From positions 62,001 through 126,000 of the forward strand of contig CBFFRP010000143.1 in the NCBI GenBank assembly GCA_965644295.1: 64,000 bases of DNA. The letters run 5' to 3'. Positions 1-12,326 of this stretch are shown in pieces. A program made the translations under genes and the position numbers. The stretch comes from Paraphysomonas bandaiensis (lineage: Eukaryota; Protista; Chrysophyceae). The first letter of the stretch is position 1, and every line of letters begins with the position of its first letter. The notes under the pieces are model-generated. The model saw nothing but the letters and a program-made list of their open reading frames with translations, did no database searches and was not told the origin of the DNA.

Positions 1-1070
1 GGTGTAGAAAGAGACAACTTACGCTTAGAGCGTGATGAAATCAAGCAAAAATTCGAAAGTATACGCTCTGCTATAAATTCAATGTCCGGTATTCACGAAA
101 AGGCTAATGAAGAGACAAAACTTTCTTCTGAGACACATGACTTGGGTGTATCATGCAGCATCAAAATGCTGCAACAAGCACTTTCAGACAAGGATAGCGA
201 GTTAAGTTTGGTCAGAGACAAGCTTCGTGAATATAAAGAGACGGTTGGTCAATCTACGTCTCCTTCGTCTGTTTTTATTTTCTTATTTTAGGTTATACAG
301 CTCCAAAAAGAGACCTCAGAAAACAGAATCGAGCTCGAGACTTTAATTAAGACACTTTCACATGAAAAAATTAAGTTAGCTGACGAAAACAAAATCTACG
401 AGGCCAAAGTTAATTCTCTACAAGAGGAGTTGGATCGAACGTTGGTTCAGTTATCGGAGCGTGCACGGGCCGCGGAAATAGCGCTTCAACAGAAAGTGGA
501 GAAAGATATTGAACTGAAGGAGTACATGAATAAAGGAAATGGAGATGCGGAACGACTTGAAATGGAAGCACAGTCACAAATGAAGGAAAGACTCAGTGAT
601 ATGGAAAGTGCGAATGATGTTCTCAGAAAAGATTTAGCTAGTCGAGATTCCGAAATTTTGAGACTCAGTCAGCAGCTGTCGTCAAATATCGATAAATGTC
701 ACTCTTTGGAAAGCCAGTTGTCAGAAGTAAACAAGGTAATTTGATGATGATGGGTTGTTTCTATTGTCACTGTAGTAATTTTTAGGAAAATGCACGTCTC
801 TGTGGTCATCAAAACACCAAACAAAAGATTCAGCAGCACATGCAACTGAAGAAAAATATTGAAGAGCAAATGGCTTCTTTAAAACTATTGCAAGAGCAAT
901 TAGTTAAGGTCTCCCATGAACGTGATATGGCACTAGAGGAGTCAGCTCGCCTTAAATCATTACTAGCTGCAAAAAATGCAACAGGCAAGAGTACAAGAAA
1001 AGTATTGGGGGATAAAGGAGCCGAAGTTAATGTGAATCAGTCTTCCATACGACCTCCAGAGACATTATAA
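1..1070 (+). CDS. 3' part of a long coiled-coil protein ending in an HMMR/KIF15 (kinesin-12)-type C-terminal motif; partial, begins upstream of the window
   Basis: Three coiled-coil exons joined by GT-AG introns 244-291 and 736-785. The last exon reads ENARLCGHQNTKQKIQQHMQLKK, matching the LxGHQNxKQKI motif of RHAMM/KIF15 C-termini. Stop at 1068-1070. Confidence 0.75.
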
Positions 1071-1991
1071 CATGACAAGTTACAATGGAGTTCTTGATCT
1101 CCGAATGCTGCATTGTGAAATGTCTTTCAAGCTTCATAAAGACAACATAAAGTGCACATATCACTCATATTTTCTATATATATAGCACCTCGCAGTAGTG
1201 TAACTAATTTTTCTGTTTTGTGTATATATTTTGTTTACATTCTTTCACGATGGTAATTTGACAATACAGTCACCTAAGAAAGGCGATTATCGTCTTTTAG
1301 TATTATTTGACTTTGACTTAACAACTTCAACTAGTTCTATTTACTACTGATACATATCACATTCCGAGTGGCCGCTACGAATATAGTAGTGGTCAACAAC
1401 GTATAGATTAGGCTGCTATACTGATTGCAACGAAACACCTCAAATTCATCTTTATTCTGAACGATTTGACCAACTGAAATGATACTTTTCTAGAAGTGAG
1501 TAATTGATGTGAAAGGTGAAAGGGTGATAAGAACTGATCTCGAAAAAACTGCACCTCCTTTAATGAACTATGTATGAGATGTGAGCAATGAGCAAGATAT
1601 TTATATCTTATATCCACTTATCTACATGAGCACGCAGAGGAAGAGACTACAAGTAGAACACAAACACAACACACAATACGGAGGTTTACTTTTACAGAAG
1701 TTAATATTTTTTGCTAAGGCTTGCTGTTCTCAATTGTATGATTGATATTATAAGATGACATGATAAAGAACCTAGATTGTATTCGGTGTGTTCAACACCA
1801 ATCATTTACTTTTGCAAGACCTTCATCCACATACCTCCGAGCCACTTGGCACAATGCCTAAAGGAAGGCCACCAGATCGCCAATCTCAGCAGGGTATAGT
1901 ATTGTTTCCCCTGGTTGCCGTGAGGTACATAAGGCAGCCTCCGAGGCAAATTGCACACAATGTATGTGTAGTCATATAGCGAGTGGAGTCT

Positions 1992-2256
1992 CATCCCAAG
2001 GGGAGACCTGCAGATCACACGCGCCGGTGAGTCCCAGGACACACGAGCATGGCGAGCCTCATAACACACACAAAGAACGAAAGTGGTCGCACCTTGGTGC
2101 TTGCGGCGACGCACAAGCAGCTTCCGTAGCGTTAAATAGTAGGATAATAGAATTTGTATTGATTAGTTACGGGTAGAGGTCTAACTAGTATGTCTAGCAT
2201 TCAACTAGCCACTACATTGGTGCAGGTTCTTAACGCCTATTGCTAAATAAAAAGAC
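1992..2256 (+). mobile_element. 3'-terminal fragment of the same non-LTR retrotransposon family as 45089-48014
   Basis: Aligns to the reverse complement of ~45098-45361: HPKGRP.D..RR-stop, then CCTTGGTGCTTGCGGCGACGCACAAGCAGC...AACGCCTATTGCTAAATAA..AGAC. A second PKGRPPD-coding patch lies at ~1855-1880. Confidence 0.85.
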
Positions 2257-2792
2257 TTTTAATATAATATATAACGTAAGAACCACGTACTCAGTAATTG
2301 TATCTTGTATTGTCACCAACTTATACTTCAGTTTCATACTACAATATACAAATTACATATAAATATATCTTTCGATCCTTGCATCTCACATATAATACTG
2401 CACTCAATTGCAAACATATAGAATCATCAGATCTCAACATACTTTTTGCAAATATCATTTGACATATTGATAGATTTTCCAGACAGAATACATGTTGCAA
2501 AATGTGTAAAGTACAACTCTATAACTAATAATAATAGTTTCGAAGAAACCTGACAAAACTAATTATCGTAGAAAGAATCCTATCAGGGTATGAAAGTAGT
2601 ACATTACGAAAACAATAACTCATTGGCGACTCCGATGTTGAGTTTGACGTTTATGAGCAATCATTGAAAACTGACAGCTTTCTTTAGGTATTGAAATATT
2701 ATGGCCGTTACTTGAAGAGTATAGTAGTGGTTACAGTGCTACATGAACTAAAGATATGATAGAAATAATAATAGTAGTAAAACTGAAATATA

Positions 2793-3190
2793 TAGTAGTG
2801 AATGTCTTACCATTAGAAATAGGCGTTTAAGAGTTAGAACTAATTTAGCAAAAAACAAAATAACTAACTAGTGCTTAACTCTGATATCCTACTCTTTAAC
2901 GCTACTAAGACGAAAGCTGCTTGTGCGTCACCGCAAACACCAAGATGCAATCACTTTCACTCTATCACTCAAAACAAACGCAGTGAGCAAGCAGAATGTT
3001 GATATACCTGACATCTGCTAACTTTAGGATTTTTAGAGTCCTTAACGTAAACAGCCCGGATGATTGACTTCAGCAGACAGCCCAATAACCCGGATGCCCT
3101 TAAGGTGGGCCCATTCCGGGATGCATGTTTCCTCGTCAAGCCTAAAAACGTCTACACAAATTCCTTGTCAATTGGCTATACATGAGTGGG
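2793..3190 (-). mobile_element. SINE-like element copy A (head missing)
   Basis: Colinear with copy E (55735-56262): GCAGAATGTTGATATACCTGACATCTGCTAAC, GACTTCAGCAG..AGCCCAATA, GGTGGGCCCATTCC. Tail ends AAGACATTCACTACTA on the minus strand. Confidence 0.85.
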
Positions 3191-3194
3191 CATA

Positions 3195-3596
3195 ATTCTA
3201 TATATAGCATAATATATGTCAAGTTCCAGCAAATGCCATTAATGGCCCTTTAATGGGTGCTCAGTTTAGGTCAAATATAAAAAGTCATTAAAAAGAAAAA
3301 TGTTCCGGCAAATGTGTAATGCCATTACTATTAGGATTCATCTCAATGTTATATAAGACTATATATATGTGAAATATAATGTTCAATGATATATATCATG
3401 AACTGAATTAATGGAAGTATTTGTTGATCTGTTGAAGATGCTTGATCGACATTATAATGATCGCCATTGTCAGTTATACATCTAACTATTCCGTGGTGTG
3501 TGATTGTTATGTTCTGAATTATTATTCACTCTGTTCTACATTACTATTACTAAGCTTAAATCTGCATTATTACCATCAACGGTTACCAGGCTCTGG
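3195..3596 (-). mobile_element. Partial MITE of the same family as 8627-9085
   Basis: Reverse complement of 3571-3596 (CCAGAGCCTGGTAACCGTTGATGGTA) matches the TIR at 8627. The internal AACTGAGCACCCATTAAAGGGCCATTAATGGCA matches ~8705-8738. Confidence 0.7.
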
Positions 3597-4076
3597 TATA
3601 AGATTGTGATATCTAAAATTATATGAAATTGCTTGGTAGTAGAGACAATATGAATTTAGTGAATGAAATTGAGATATTGATGGAAATTTTATACTTAAGT
3701 ATTAAGTTCTTACAACGTTCAGTTAATTAAGTTTAAACCAATAATAATGTCTAAAATGATATCCTATAATAGCAATCGAATAGCTTCTCACTTTCGTATC
3801 TAATACAAGAATGGAGTGCTAATACGTGAAGGACGATGACTCTATGTCAAGGTGTTGAATAGAGTTCGTGAAGTTTATCGAATGAATGCGTCGTACTTTA
3901 TATTGAAACATCGCATTAAAACTCATCGGATACAACTTTATTTATGTAATAAATATCTACTGATTACAAAGCAAATGCGAGAACATATTCGGTGGCATCG
4001 CTACACTCCTATAACCAAAGCATAGACAGGATTTCAAACAATGCTCCCAGCTAGGTGTTGGTGTTTCTCGCCTAAA

Positions 4077-6442
4077 CTACTTGGTACGCCCACCAGAAGA
4101 TTTCATTGCATCTTTTACAAAACTAAATGCATCATCTGGTGATTGGTTCCTCCCACCTTCTCCAAGAAAACCGAAGCCACTGGCTGTAATACAAATATCA
4201 ATTAGCGTGAATATACATAGAAAACAAGTCAACCTGAGTCAGGGATCACTTTGCGGGAGCCCATCTGCGGGCTCATTGCGCCCATAGCAGACGGACGGAT
4301 AGGTGTGTATTGCTGTGCGCGTTGTTGTGGCTGTCCCATCGGGTATTGATATTGCTGTTGGGGAGCAGATGTCAAGTTCAGGCCTCTTAGGTCCACGGGT
4401 GGTTGTGTCCGTCCCTGACCTCCGGAAGGTGATGGGGGGCTAATAGCAGGGTCAGGCTGTGTCAGAGACGGACTCATGAAGTCAAATCCTGATGTGGAAC
4501 TGGAAGAAGTGGCAGCAGGAGGAGGAGGAGCAGAGTCAGCAGGCACAGACGAATCTATTGAGTCCAAAAATTGGGAAACAGGTGTTTGAAGCTTCGGGTC
4601 CTGAACTGACGATGCCCCAACAGCCATTCCAGCAAAGAGACCATTGCTGTCCTGAGAACTAGATTGCCGTTCAATTGGCCCACTACTGGCTGGTGCAGAG
4701 TCAGAAGAATCGAACAGGTCCAGCAGTGATGGCCCAGCCAGTGGATGACTTTGTGCAGGAACAGGAGCAGAGTTGCCGTCGCAATCGTCGAATTGGATAA
4801 GAGAGGGTGTATCCACCGCCGTGGATGTGCGCCCCACTGTTCGTTTTGCTGGTGTTACGTCCTTACCTTCAACAGATATTCCCAAGGCCCGCAATGCTTT
4901 CGTAGCCTGAGATCTTACACTAGCCTTTGAATCCCCAGCAGCAACCGCGAAAAGATCATCTGCACCATTCTCTTTCCACCAGGACGAGTGACTTCCACAC
5001 CCGCTGGAAACTCCCAGGCTCCCAACAACGGCCAACGCCTTAGCGCGAGATTGCCAAGAGTCACTATTAAGACAGTCAAGTAGACTCGTGCCAACCAGTT
5101 CAGCAGAAAGTGTCGGGGCAGCTGAGAGAAATGATGCAAGTTTGTCCTGTGGGGGGACAGCCTTCATACCTCCTGGCTCACAGAGAGAAGACACAAGAGA
5201 TTGTTCGTACGCTCCGTCAGAGGCCGCATGGCCCGCACGGCCCATGCCCCCACCAAGTGAAGGAATGTCAGGAACAAACCCATCTCGACCAGATACATTA
5301 TCAGTAGCTCCCGGTTGGGTACCCGCAGAAGGGGAATAGGAGGGCTGTGATCCGGGGTAATCAGGACCGCCGCGGTTAGATCTCATTTGGTAGTCACCCC
5401 ACGCCGGGGCATTGCCAGTACCACTTGGAGGAAGAGAGGGTCTGTCTTTGTTTTTTTCCTTCTCCGACGACGAAAATGAAAGTTTTTCGGAAGCGCCCTC
5501 AGCCATAGCCGCCATGCGTTGCATGAAAGAGACTTCGTTGCGGGCGTCCTTGAAGTTGGGATTGCCTATCCCGGTCATACCACTGCTGCTACTCTGCTGC
5601 CATCCACCGGAAGACGCAGACTGTCTACTACTAGAATCATAGCCTCCACTGCCTGTGGCAGTCTTCGTTGTAGGCAACGAATCACTGTTTCCTGCTCCCG
5701 GATGACCTGTATAGGAGGCACCATCAGAGCCACCCCCGAATGAAGAGAATGAAAACCCAGAAAGAACAGATGACGACTGCTGAGTCGAAGAGTTGCGCCC
5801 AGGTGCAGGAGCATCCTCTGATCCTCCACCCATTCCTGTCAACGCATGACCACATAGTCAGTGAAACATACATGTACTGATGTGCGGACACACCTTGTAT
5901 GCGACTGGCGACTGATGATGATGATACAGGCATCTGACTGTCGAATATAGCATCGAGGGCATCTTTAGCAGCATCCCTTACACGTTTATATATTTCATCT
6001 CCACGAAGTGGATCAGGTGGCCCTTTGTATTCTATATACGACAGAAAATCATTCTCATACACTGGCGTACTGTACACTTACGCAAACATTCTTTAACAGC
6101 ATCCAAGTTTCTAGCCATATCTTTCTTAAAGTCTCCACGACCAGTGCGGCAAACATGCTACATACACATTAATACACTTCTTCTCTGCACTGTAAAACAT
6201 ACTTTTATGATTATTAAGCACTTGTATTTGACGTTGTGATTGTTCTTCTTCAGTCTGGCGTTCAAAAACTCTATGAGCTGTACGCATCCCGGATAACTAA
6301 CGAGCGTCGCCCCTGAATATAAGATTAACACATGCATAACAGGAGCGCTCTAATGAAACGCACTCGATATTTCGGTGAGCATGTAGCCCGGAGTGGGACT
6401 GTCGTCTGTGGAGGTCGCTTCGTTTAATAAACCCTTATCCAT
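4077..6442 (-). CDS. TEPSIN: Tepsin (AP-4 accessory protein; ENTH plus second VHS/ENTH-like domain), multi-exon
   Basis: Spliced N-terminus MDKGLLNEATSTDDSPTPGYMLTEIS...LNARLKKNNHNVKYKCLIIIK...YKGPPDPLRGDEIYKRVRDAAKDALDAIF is typical of the tepsin ENTH domain. Second domain EQSLVSSLCEPGGMKAVPP...SWQSRAKAL. Contains LFAGMAV and C-terminal DAFSFVKDAM motifs. Confidence 0.88.
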
Positions 6443-6599
6443 CCCGTCCCGTCCCTATAAACACCTGATGCTTATCGCCACACACCCTAGAGGTCCTATG
6501 GAACTGTGATAGACAATCGATTAACTGTGAGGCTCTATCTATCAGGGTCTCCACGCATCTACTTAATCTCATGCAGTGCTGTGGGCTGTAGGATAGATA

Positions 6600-6780
6600 T
6601 GACGACAGCATGTCAGAGATACACATACATATAGGAGGGATACGTATACAGTACAGCAGTACTGGACGTGTATAGGTACAGACAGTGCAGTAGTTCGTAT
6701 ATTCCGTATAAGAAATATACGAATCCACAGAACTCATGGTATACCAGTATACCGTACAGTATACAGTAGCAGTGCCTCCG
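6600..6780. promoter_or_regulatory. GTATAC/CAGTA-rich putative bidirectional promoter (tepsin/ankyrin)
   Basis: Dense cluster such as GGTATACCAGTATACCGTACAGTATACAGTAG between divergent starts. Similar clusters occur upstream of other genes. Confidence 0.5.
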
Positions 6781-6933
6781 CCCGTCCCGCAGTTTTCCTC
6801 CACTACGAAAACACACACACAACTCTGAGGTGATCACCGTCGCTCTCACTGATATCTGCTGCGACGACATCGTGTTGTCTGCATCCCCTCCAGAATTATC
6901 TGTTGATATCTTCGTTGAGATAAGAGAGTGAAG

Positions 6934-8018
6934 ATGAACGAGTATCAGCAGCGTCTCATCGCAGAGGCTAAGATGAAGGAGGAGATGCAGAACACCTCAG
7001 AGGAGTGAGTGATATCTCTGTCTCTTGTTGTGTATGTCAGATGATGTTATCACTGCAGGAGTTTAATGGAGGCTCGACTGCGACGAATTGATGAGCTTCA
7101 ACTCAATCCTGGAGACGCTAACTTTGCAATGCTCTCTGGTTCTGTGCAGCTGGGAGCCTATCGCGGCCGCCTCGACTCAGTCAGATGGTTTATCAGTAAG
7201 AATAAAGCTCTTCCAGATGACCTCGACACTAAAGGATATGCAGCTATACATTATGCAGCTGAACAAGGACATGAGTTGTAAGTTTTGTGTATCGGTGATA
7301 GCTTCGCCTGATTGGTATGCAGGATCATTAAGTACCTGCTGAGTGTTGGCAGCGACGTTAATCTTCCCAGCGAAAGTGGTATGACTCCACTTATGGCTGC
7401 TGCTAAAGGGGGGAAAGCTTCAACACTACGGTTGCTCTGGGAGGAAGGTGCATGGCTGAGCTGTCGTGATGCAGCCGCTCAAACAGCCGCACACTACGCT
7501 GCCCAGGAGGATCACGCAGATTGTCTGCGTGAGATGCGAGACCTCGCAGTAGAGCAAATTCAGACTCGTGAGGAGGCGGCACTTGCTGAAGCTAGCGCTC
7601 TGGCGGCAGATGGATTGACTGCGAAGCCTCAGCTGACCGAAACTGAAGGTGAGGAGGGGGAGCTAGAAGAGAAGCCATTCACCCTCAAAGATATCATTGA
7701 CGCTTCATCGAAAAGTGGAGCTACGCCACTTCATGTAGCAGCTGCCTTTGACTCCCAGCAAGCTATCGTAGCACTGCTAAACTTTGGTGCTGATGTGAGT
7801 TGTATGCTGCTATTTCTGGTCACTTGTTCTCATCAATTCCCCTTTCTATTTAGGTCAATGCACGAGACTCTGTAATGGAGACACCTCTACACAAAGCTGC
7901 TAGGAGGAACTTCTTCCAGGCTTACACGCTACTCAAGGAAGCTGGTGGGGATGATTCCGCACGTAGCATGATGCATGAGACCCCGGCTGGGCTTTTGTTG
8001 GATATCACTTCTGGTTGA
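6934..8018 (+). CDS. Ankyrin-repeat protein, 4 exons
   Basis: Repeats GYAAIHYAAEQGH, GMTPLMAAAKGG, QTAAHYAAQEDH, GATPLHVAAAFD, ETPLHKAARRN. Introns 7005-7058, 7278-7322 and 7795-7853 keep the frame. Confidence 0.9.
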
Positions 8019-8626
8019 TGGGTGGCCCATTTTCCATGTGTTTTGATTGTCGACTAAAGTGCCGTTGGAGCAAAGAGAATTACTGTCACATAGAAACTAT
8101 ATGTTCTGGATACTTCGGCACTCTCAATGCCTTTAGTTTTTATGTGTATTCCTGTCATCTGATTACCTCTGCTGTGAGTTATAATTGCGAATAATGTCTG
8201 GATTCTGGATCCTATGTATATGTAAATTATTGTCACGTAGATATTTGTTAATAACTTAAATGTCTTTTTGGAACAATGAGGTCAACACTTTAAACTATGC
8301 AACATACATTCAAGATATATGCATATAAAAATTCATTTCTAAGAAGCAGTATGTGGCTGGCTGCCGTTGAGTTTTGTTGTAAGTTTCTGAAACTGACATT
8401 TGAATAGTGTAGATTAGAAACTGAACTGCAATTTTACTCAATAATCAGTGAATTCACATCACGCGAAATAACTGACGAATACGCAACCACCCAAACCCAT
8501 TGGGTCAAAACTGGTGGACGTTGAACTTTATGGGATACAGGATTCAGCGCTAAGTTATGTGCACTTTGGCTATCCAGGAAAATGGAATGGATTGTACAGT
8601 CGAAGTCATAGTTCGACTCGAAACCA

Positions 8627-9085
8627 CTACGGCCTGGTAACCGTTAATGGTAATGCAATAATAATTGCCAGAACATTTTTACTAACGGCATTATAATTGG
8701 CGGGAACTGGGCACCCATTAATAGGCCATTAATGGCACTTGATATATGTTATATTTAGAATTAGTTTTTAAGATATAATAGTATCTACTCTTTTCTCCGA
8801 CGAAAATCTATATATTCATGCAACTTTACAGCTACTTTGTGGTAACGTTGTGAGTTATCAGCAGCAAACTTAATGCTATTATGTACCAGTGGAGAGCGAA
8901 AAGTATGTTGATTTGTAGTTACGATTCGTAGACTGTTATTTAAAATGCAATTAAGGGAGAAGCACGCTATCTATAAAGAGCGGTATTATTTAGTTGGGTA
9001 TTAATGACCATTTTCATTAATGCTATTATAAATGCCGAGAACTGGACTACCATTAGTAAGGTCATTAATGGTTACCGGGCCCTAG
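8627..9085. mobile_element. Non-autonomous TIR DNA transposon (MITE), 459 bp
   Basis: TIRs CTACGGCCTGGTAACCGTTAATG / CATTAATGGTTACCGGGCCCTAG. Flanked by the direct repeat TCGAAACCA at 8618-8626 and 9086-9094. Subterminal CCATTAATGG-type motifs. Confidence 0.85.
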
Positions 9086-9729
9086 TCGAAACCACACCAA
9101 TTCCTGCATACCGGCATATAATGCTCGATACTTACTGTGCATGATGGGCGATGTAGATACAGCATCCTGCAGAATTTAATGTCAGTAACCTGAAACCTAA
9201 TCCTCTGCTATTGGTTATGATTTCTCAGCATGCTATGAATATGATTTGATATGCCAAAAATGTTAGATTTGAGCTGCTCAGGATGCCTATTGCAACAATA
9301 AAATATTATTTTGAAACAGTCAATAATGTTTGGCAGCGGCAATTATTAGTAAGTAGAAAATTTCGTTGTGACTTTATAAATTTCTACTTCATCTTCTCCT
9401 ACAACAGAAGCCGCTGGTGTAGTTCTACGAGATCTGATTTCAACTGCGGTAACTCGTTCCTCAATCTGGTTTAAACGTTGCTTGAAGTCCTCATGAAGCT
9501 GCTGCTGAGTCTGCTGCTGAAGCATGTCAGCCAGATCTTAAATCTGGGGGGAATCAGAACAATGCATTGCATGTATGATGAATGTATGGACACCCAGGGT
9601 GGTTCGGGGTGGTGCGGGATGGACCAAAGGGCATGGGGCAGCGTTGACTGGACTTGAAATATAGGCTTTTGGAGAACCCGCAACGCGAGGATCCAGTCCG
9701 ATATCATGTTGTCGGGGTGGCCCAGAGTA

Positions 9730-9812
9730 ACATGGACATAGACCTGACCAATGCATTTCGTCAGATTCCGTTGGCAGAGGACACTTTCGAGCGGTTGTCT
9801 TTACTGCCAACG
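9730..9812 (+). pseudogene. Tiny Ty3/gypsy-type reverse transcriptase remnant
   Basis: Translates to DIDLTNAFRQIPLAEDTFERLSL, resembling RT motif A (D-L-x-x-A-F-x-Q-I-x-L) of gypsy-like elements. Confidence 0.6.
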
Positions 9813-10464
9813 GAATCTGATGCTATAGTAGTGGCTGACGACGCTAACAGGACACGTTTAAAAAAATTAAATAAATTATAGACAGTTGTATTGAGAGAAA
9901 TATAAAGCTCAATGTACCGACAAGTTGGATACGTTTCCGGAAGGTCGATTTCTTTGGAAATGTTTGTCACCTAACTTTCTCTGATACGTTATTATTGACC
10001 TCTCTTTTTCATTCGATTTCCCAAAATATTACAATATTCTTTTCTAGATAATTTTTTTCTGACGCTACCTATTAGCTGGTTCCGTTTCAACTTGTGAATA
10101 TCAGATGCATACTATTTTGAAAACTAAAATGTGGGAGGAGACAATGTGACCCCGTGGAATTTCCTATGCCCTGTCTATGTCGCTATATATATAATAGTAC
10201 CAGAATATATATATGACCTGCTGCTTCTGATTAATTCGGCTGGTGTTAAATCTGCACAAATTTAATATAAAGTTACCTGTACGTGTTTCGTTGAGATTAT
10301 TTCCCAAAGAAGGGTGAGGAGTATTTCGGTGAGCTTGAGGCAGATGTTGTAAAAAATCCCGTTCAATGGAGGAGTTCCTGATAGGCACCAACCATCATGT
10401 GAATGACGGCTTTCTGTTAAATCTAATTGAGACATATCGTTAAAATGTCTAATGTTAATACACG

Positions 10465-10896
10465 CCTTCAACGAAGTCGGACTCGGACTATTTCGTGGTG
10501 TTCTGGAGGATAGGGACCGAAGAGATTTCTCCACGGACCTAACGTGAGCCGCATTTTTAGACAACAGATGATGTTCTGCACACTCATATAGTCAAATGCT
10601 AGTGTGGTGCAAGTGAAACAAATAAGTGTCACTTAAGTGACATATTTGGGCATTACCGTATAAGCAGGTAAACATCAGTTATATAGACGCATTTGGGCAT
10701 TGACGAATAAGCAGGAGCAAGGACCCACGTCAAGAGTATTCGGGGTTTTGGGCTGCCTGTTGAACTCAAGAATCCGGGATGAGTTCACCTCAAGGACTCA
10801 TTGGCTGTAGACGGTGTAGAACACGGTACACTTCTGAAGTCAACAGATGTCAGATATACATATCAGCATTGTACTTGCTCACTGCGTTTACTTTGA
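10465..10896 (+). mobile_element. SINE-like element copy B (diverged; head and body, tail missing)
   Basis: Starts CCTTCAACGAAGTCGGACTCG, the same 5' end as copies D and E. Shares AACGTGAGCCGCA, AATAAGTGTCACTT, TTGGGCTGCCTG.TGAA.TCAAG and CAAGGACTCA. Confidence 0.8.
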
Positions 10897-10908
10897 AAAA
10901 AAGATATA

Positions 10909-11245
10909 CTTGAGGAAGTGGAAGTATTCGAGGTAGTGGAGACTCCACCTGGAGTTCGTCTCTGATTTCAACTTATCTACCGAAAATTATTGCTTCAAAC
11001 TAAAGCTGAGTTCGTCGCGCTCATAGTGATGATTGATATTCTTAATAAGTCAATGAAATTAATGCTATACAGTTGAAGCATGCTTGTATTGTATGTAACC
11101 TATAAAGGGTATCGTGTATATCTTGCAACCTATGTTTACGATACTATACCTACACGTGATGATCCTAATATTATCGCAGAAATTAAAGCGGCGTTTTGTA
11201 ATCGTTTTGATATGACAGATATGGGAGACATTGAACATTTTATTT
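10909..11245 (+). pseudogene. Ty1/copia reverse transcriptase remnants
   Basis: LEEVEVFEVVETPPGVR (10909-10959) resembles the start of copia RT. DDPNIIAEIKAAFCNRFDMTDMGDIEHFI (~11158-11244) resembles the post-YVDD K..l...F.M.DlG motif. Confidence 0.65.
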
Positions 11246-11897
11246 GTAAGGGTCTCAGTTCGATTAAATAGGTCTTTGGTGGTTGCGTACCCGTCAGTAA
11301 TGTCTCATGATATAATATGAACATGTTGTCAACAGCTTTGAATTGAGAGGAATTGTTGAGTTTAGCTTGTTTGTAAGCAATTAAAAGCTAAGTATGTAAA
11401 TTTCTGATAGTAGCTTTGATTTGAATCTCTAGGCTTTCTTTTTTCAGCTCCCATTCCACTACGCTTTATACGACGCCCCCTGTAACAGGGCTTAAGCCTA
11501 TAAAGTAATATTTTGTGCGTGTAGTGCAATGATTCGTCGGTTGTTGATGTAAATCAGCTTTATCTCTTCAATGAAGAAATTTTATAGCGTATTATTCATA
11601 CCATTCCATTGAAAACTATTTAGGATATACTCAATGCGAGTATATATTACATTGAATTTCAGAGTGTCTTTATGACTAAGTTTCAGGGATTATTTCTTTC
11701 AGTAATTGTATATCTCTTGTTTTTAGTCCATAAATATTAAAAGTACAGATACCCCGTATTGTTATACCTACTTGTCGAGCCATGTGTATTCACTCGTGTA
11801 TTCTCCCCTTGATGGGATAGATTTATAGGCTATCAATTCCACACTTTGACACTGTCAATTCTGGTATTAGTTATCGTGGAGTGAATCATTTAACTTA

Positions 11898-11970
11898 GTA
11901 ACACTTACTTCTATTCACACTTAGTAACAACTTACTACTATAACACTTACTCCTATTCACACTTATTCAT
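11898..11970 (+). repeat. Short degenerate direct repeat TAACACTTACTYCTATTCACACTTA x2
   Basis: Copies at ~11899 and 11941, separated by ACTTACTACTA. Resembles the retroelement tails (GACACTCACTCCTAT, CATTCACTACTA). Confidence 0.55.
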
Positions 11971-12326
11971 ATAGTACAGTAGTAATACTTTTTTTAAAGG
12001 GTATTGCATAGAGGTTAAGAGTGTAAAACTCATTTTCCAACGCCAAGCAGCATGCCATACTCTCAAAATTACCACAAATCAAAAACTTCATCTATCCTTC
12101 TAAAAAACGCAAAGTAAACGTATATCATTGTAGCAACTAGAGAGAAAAGAGATTAATCTTATACGTATATCATAAAAGGGTATCCTGAACGTCGAAAATT
12201 AAGTACTTCATGTACACATACGTATTATATATTCGTAGGCTTAATTGCTACATTAATATTGAAGGACGTTCTTACTTATTTCATATCAAGACTAACTTTT
12301 TGATAGATACATTGTCATATATAGTG

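Noticed and set aside
6435-6870. Tyr/Cys/Thr-rich ORFs in promoter regions (also 53977-54434)
   Set aside because: Their composition is a by-product of the GTAC/TACTG motif clusters.
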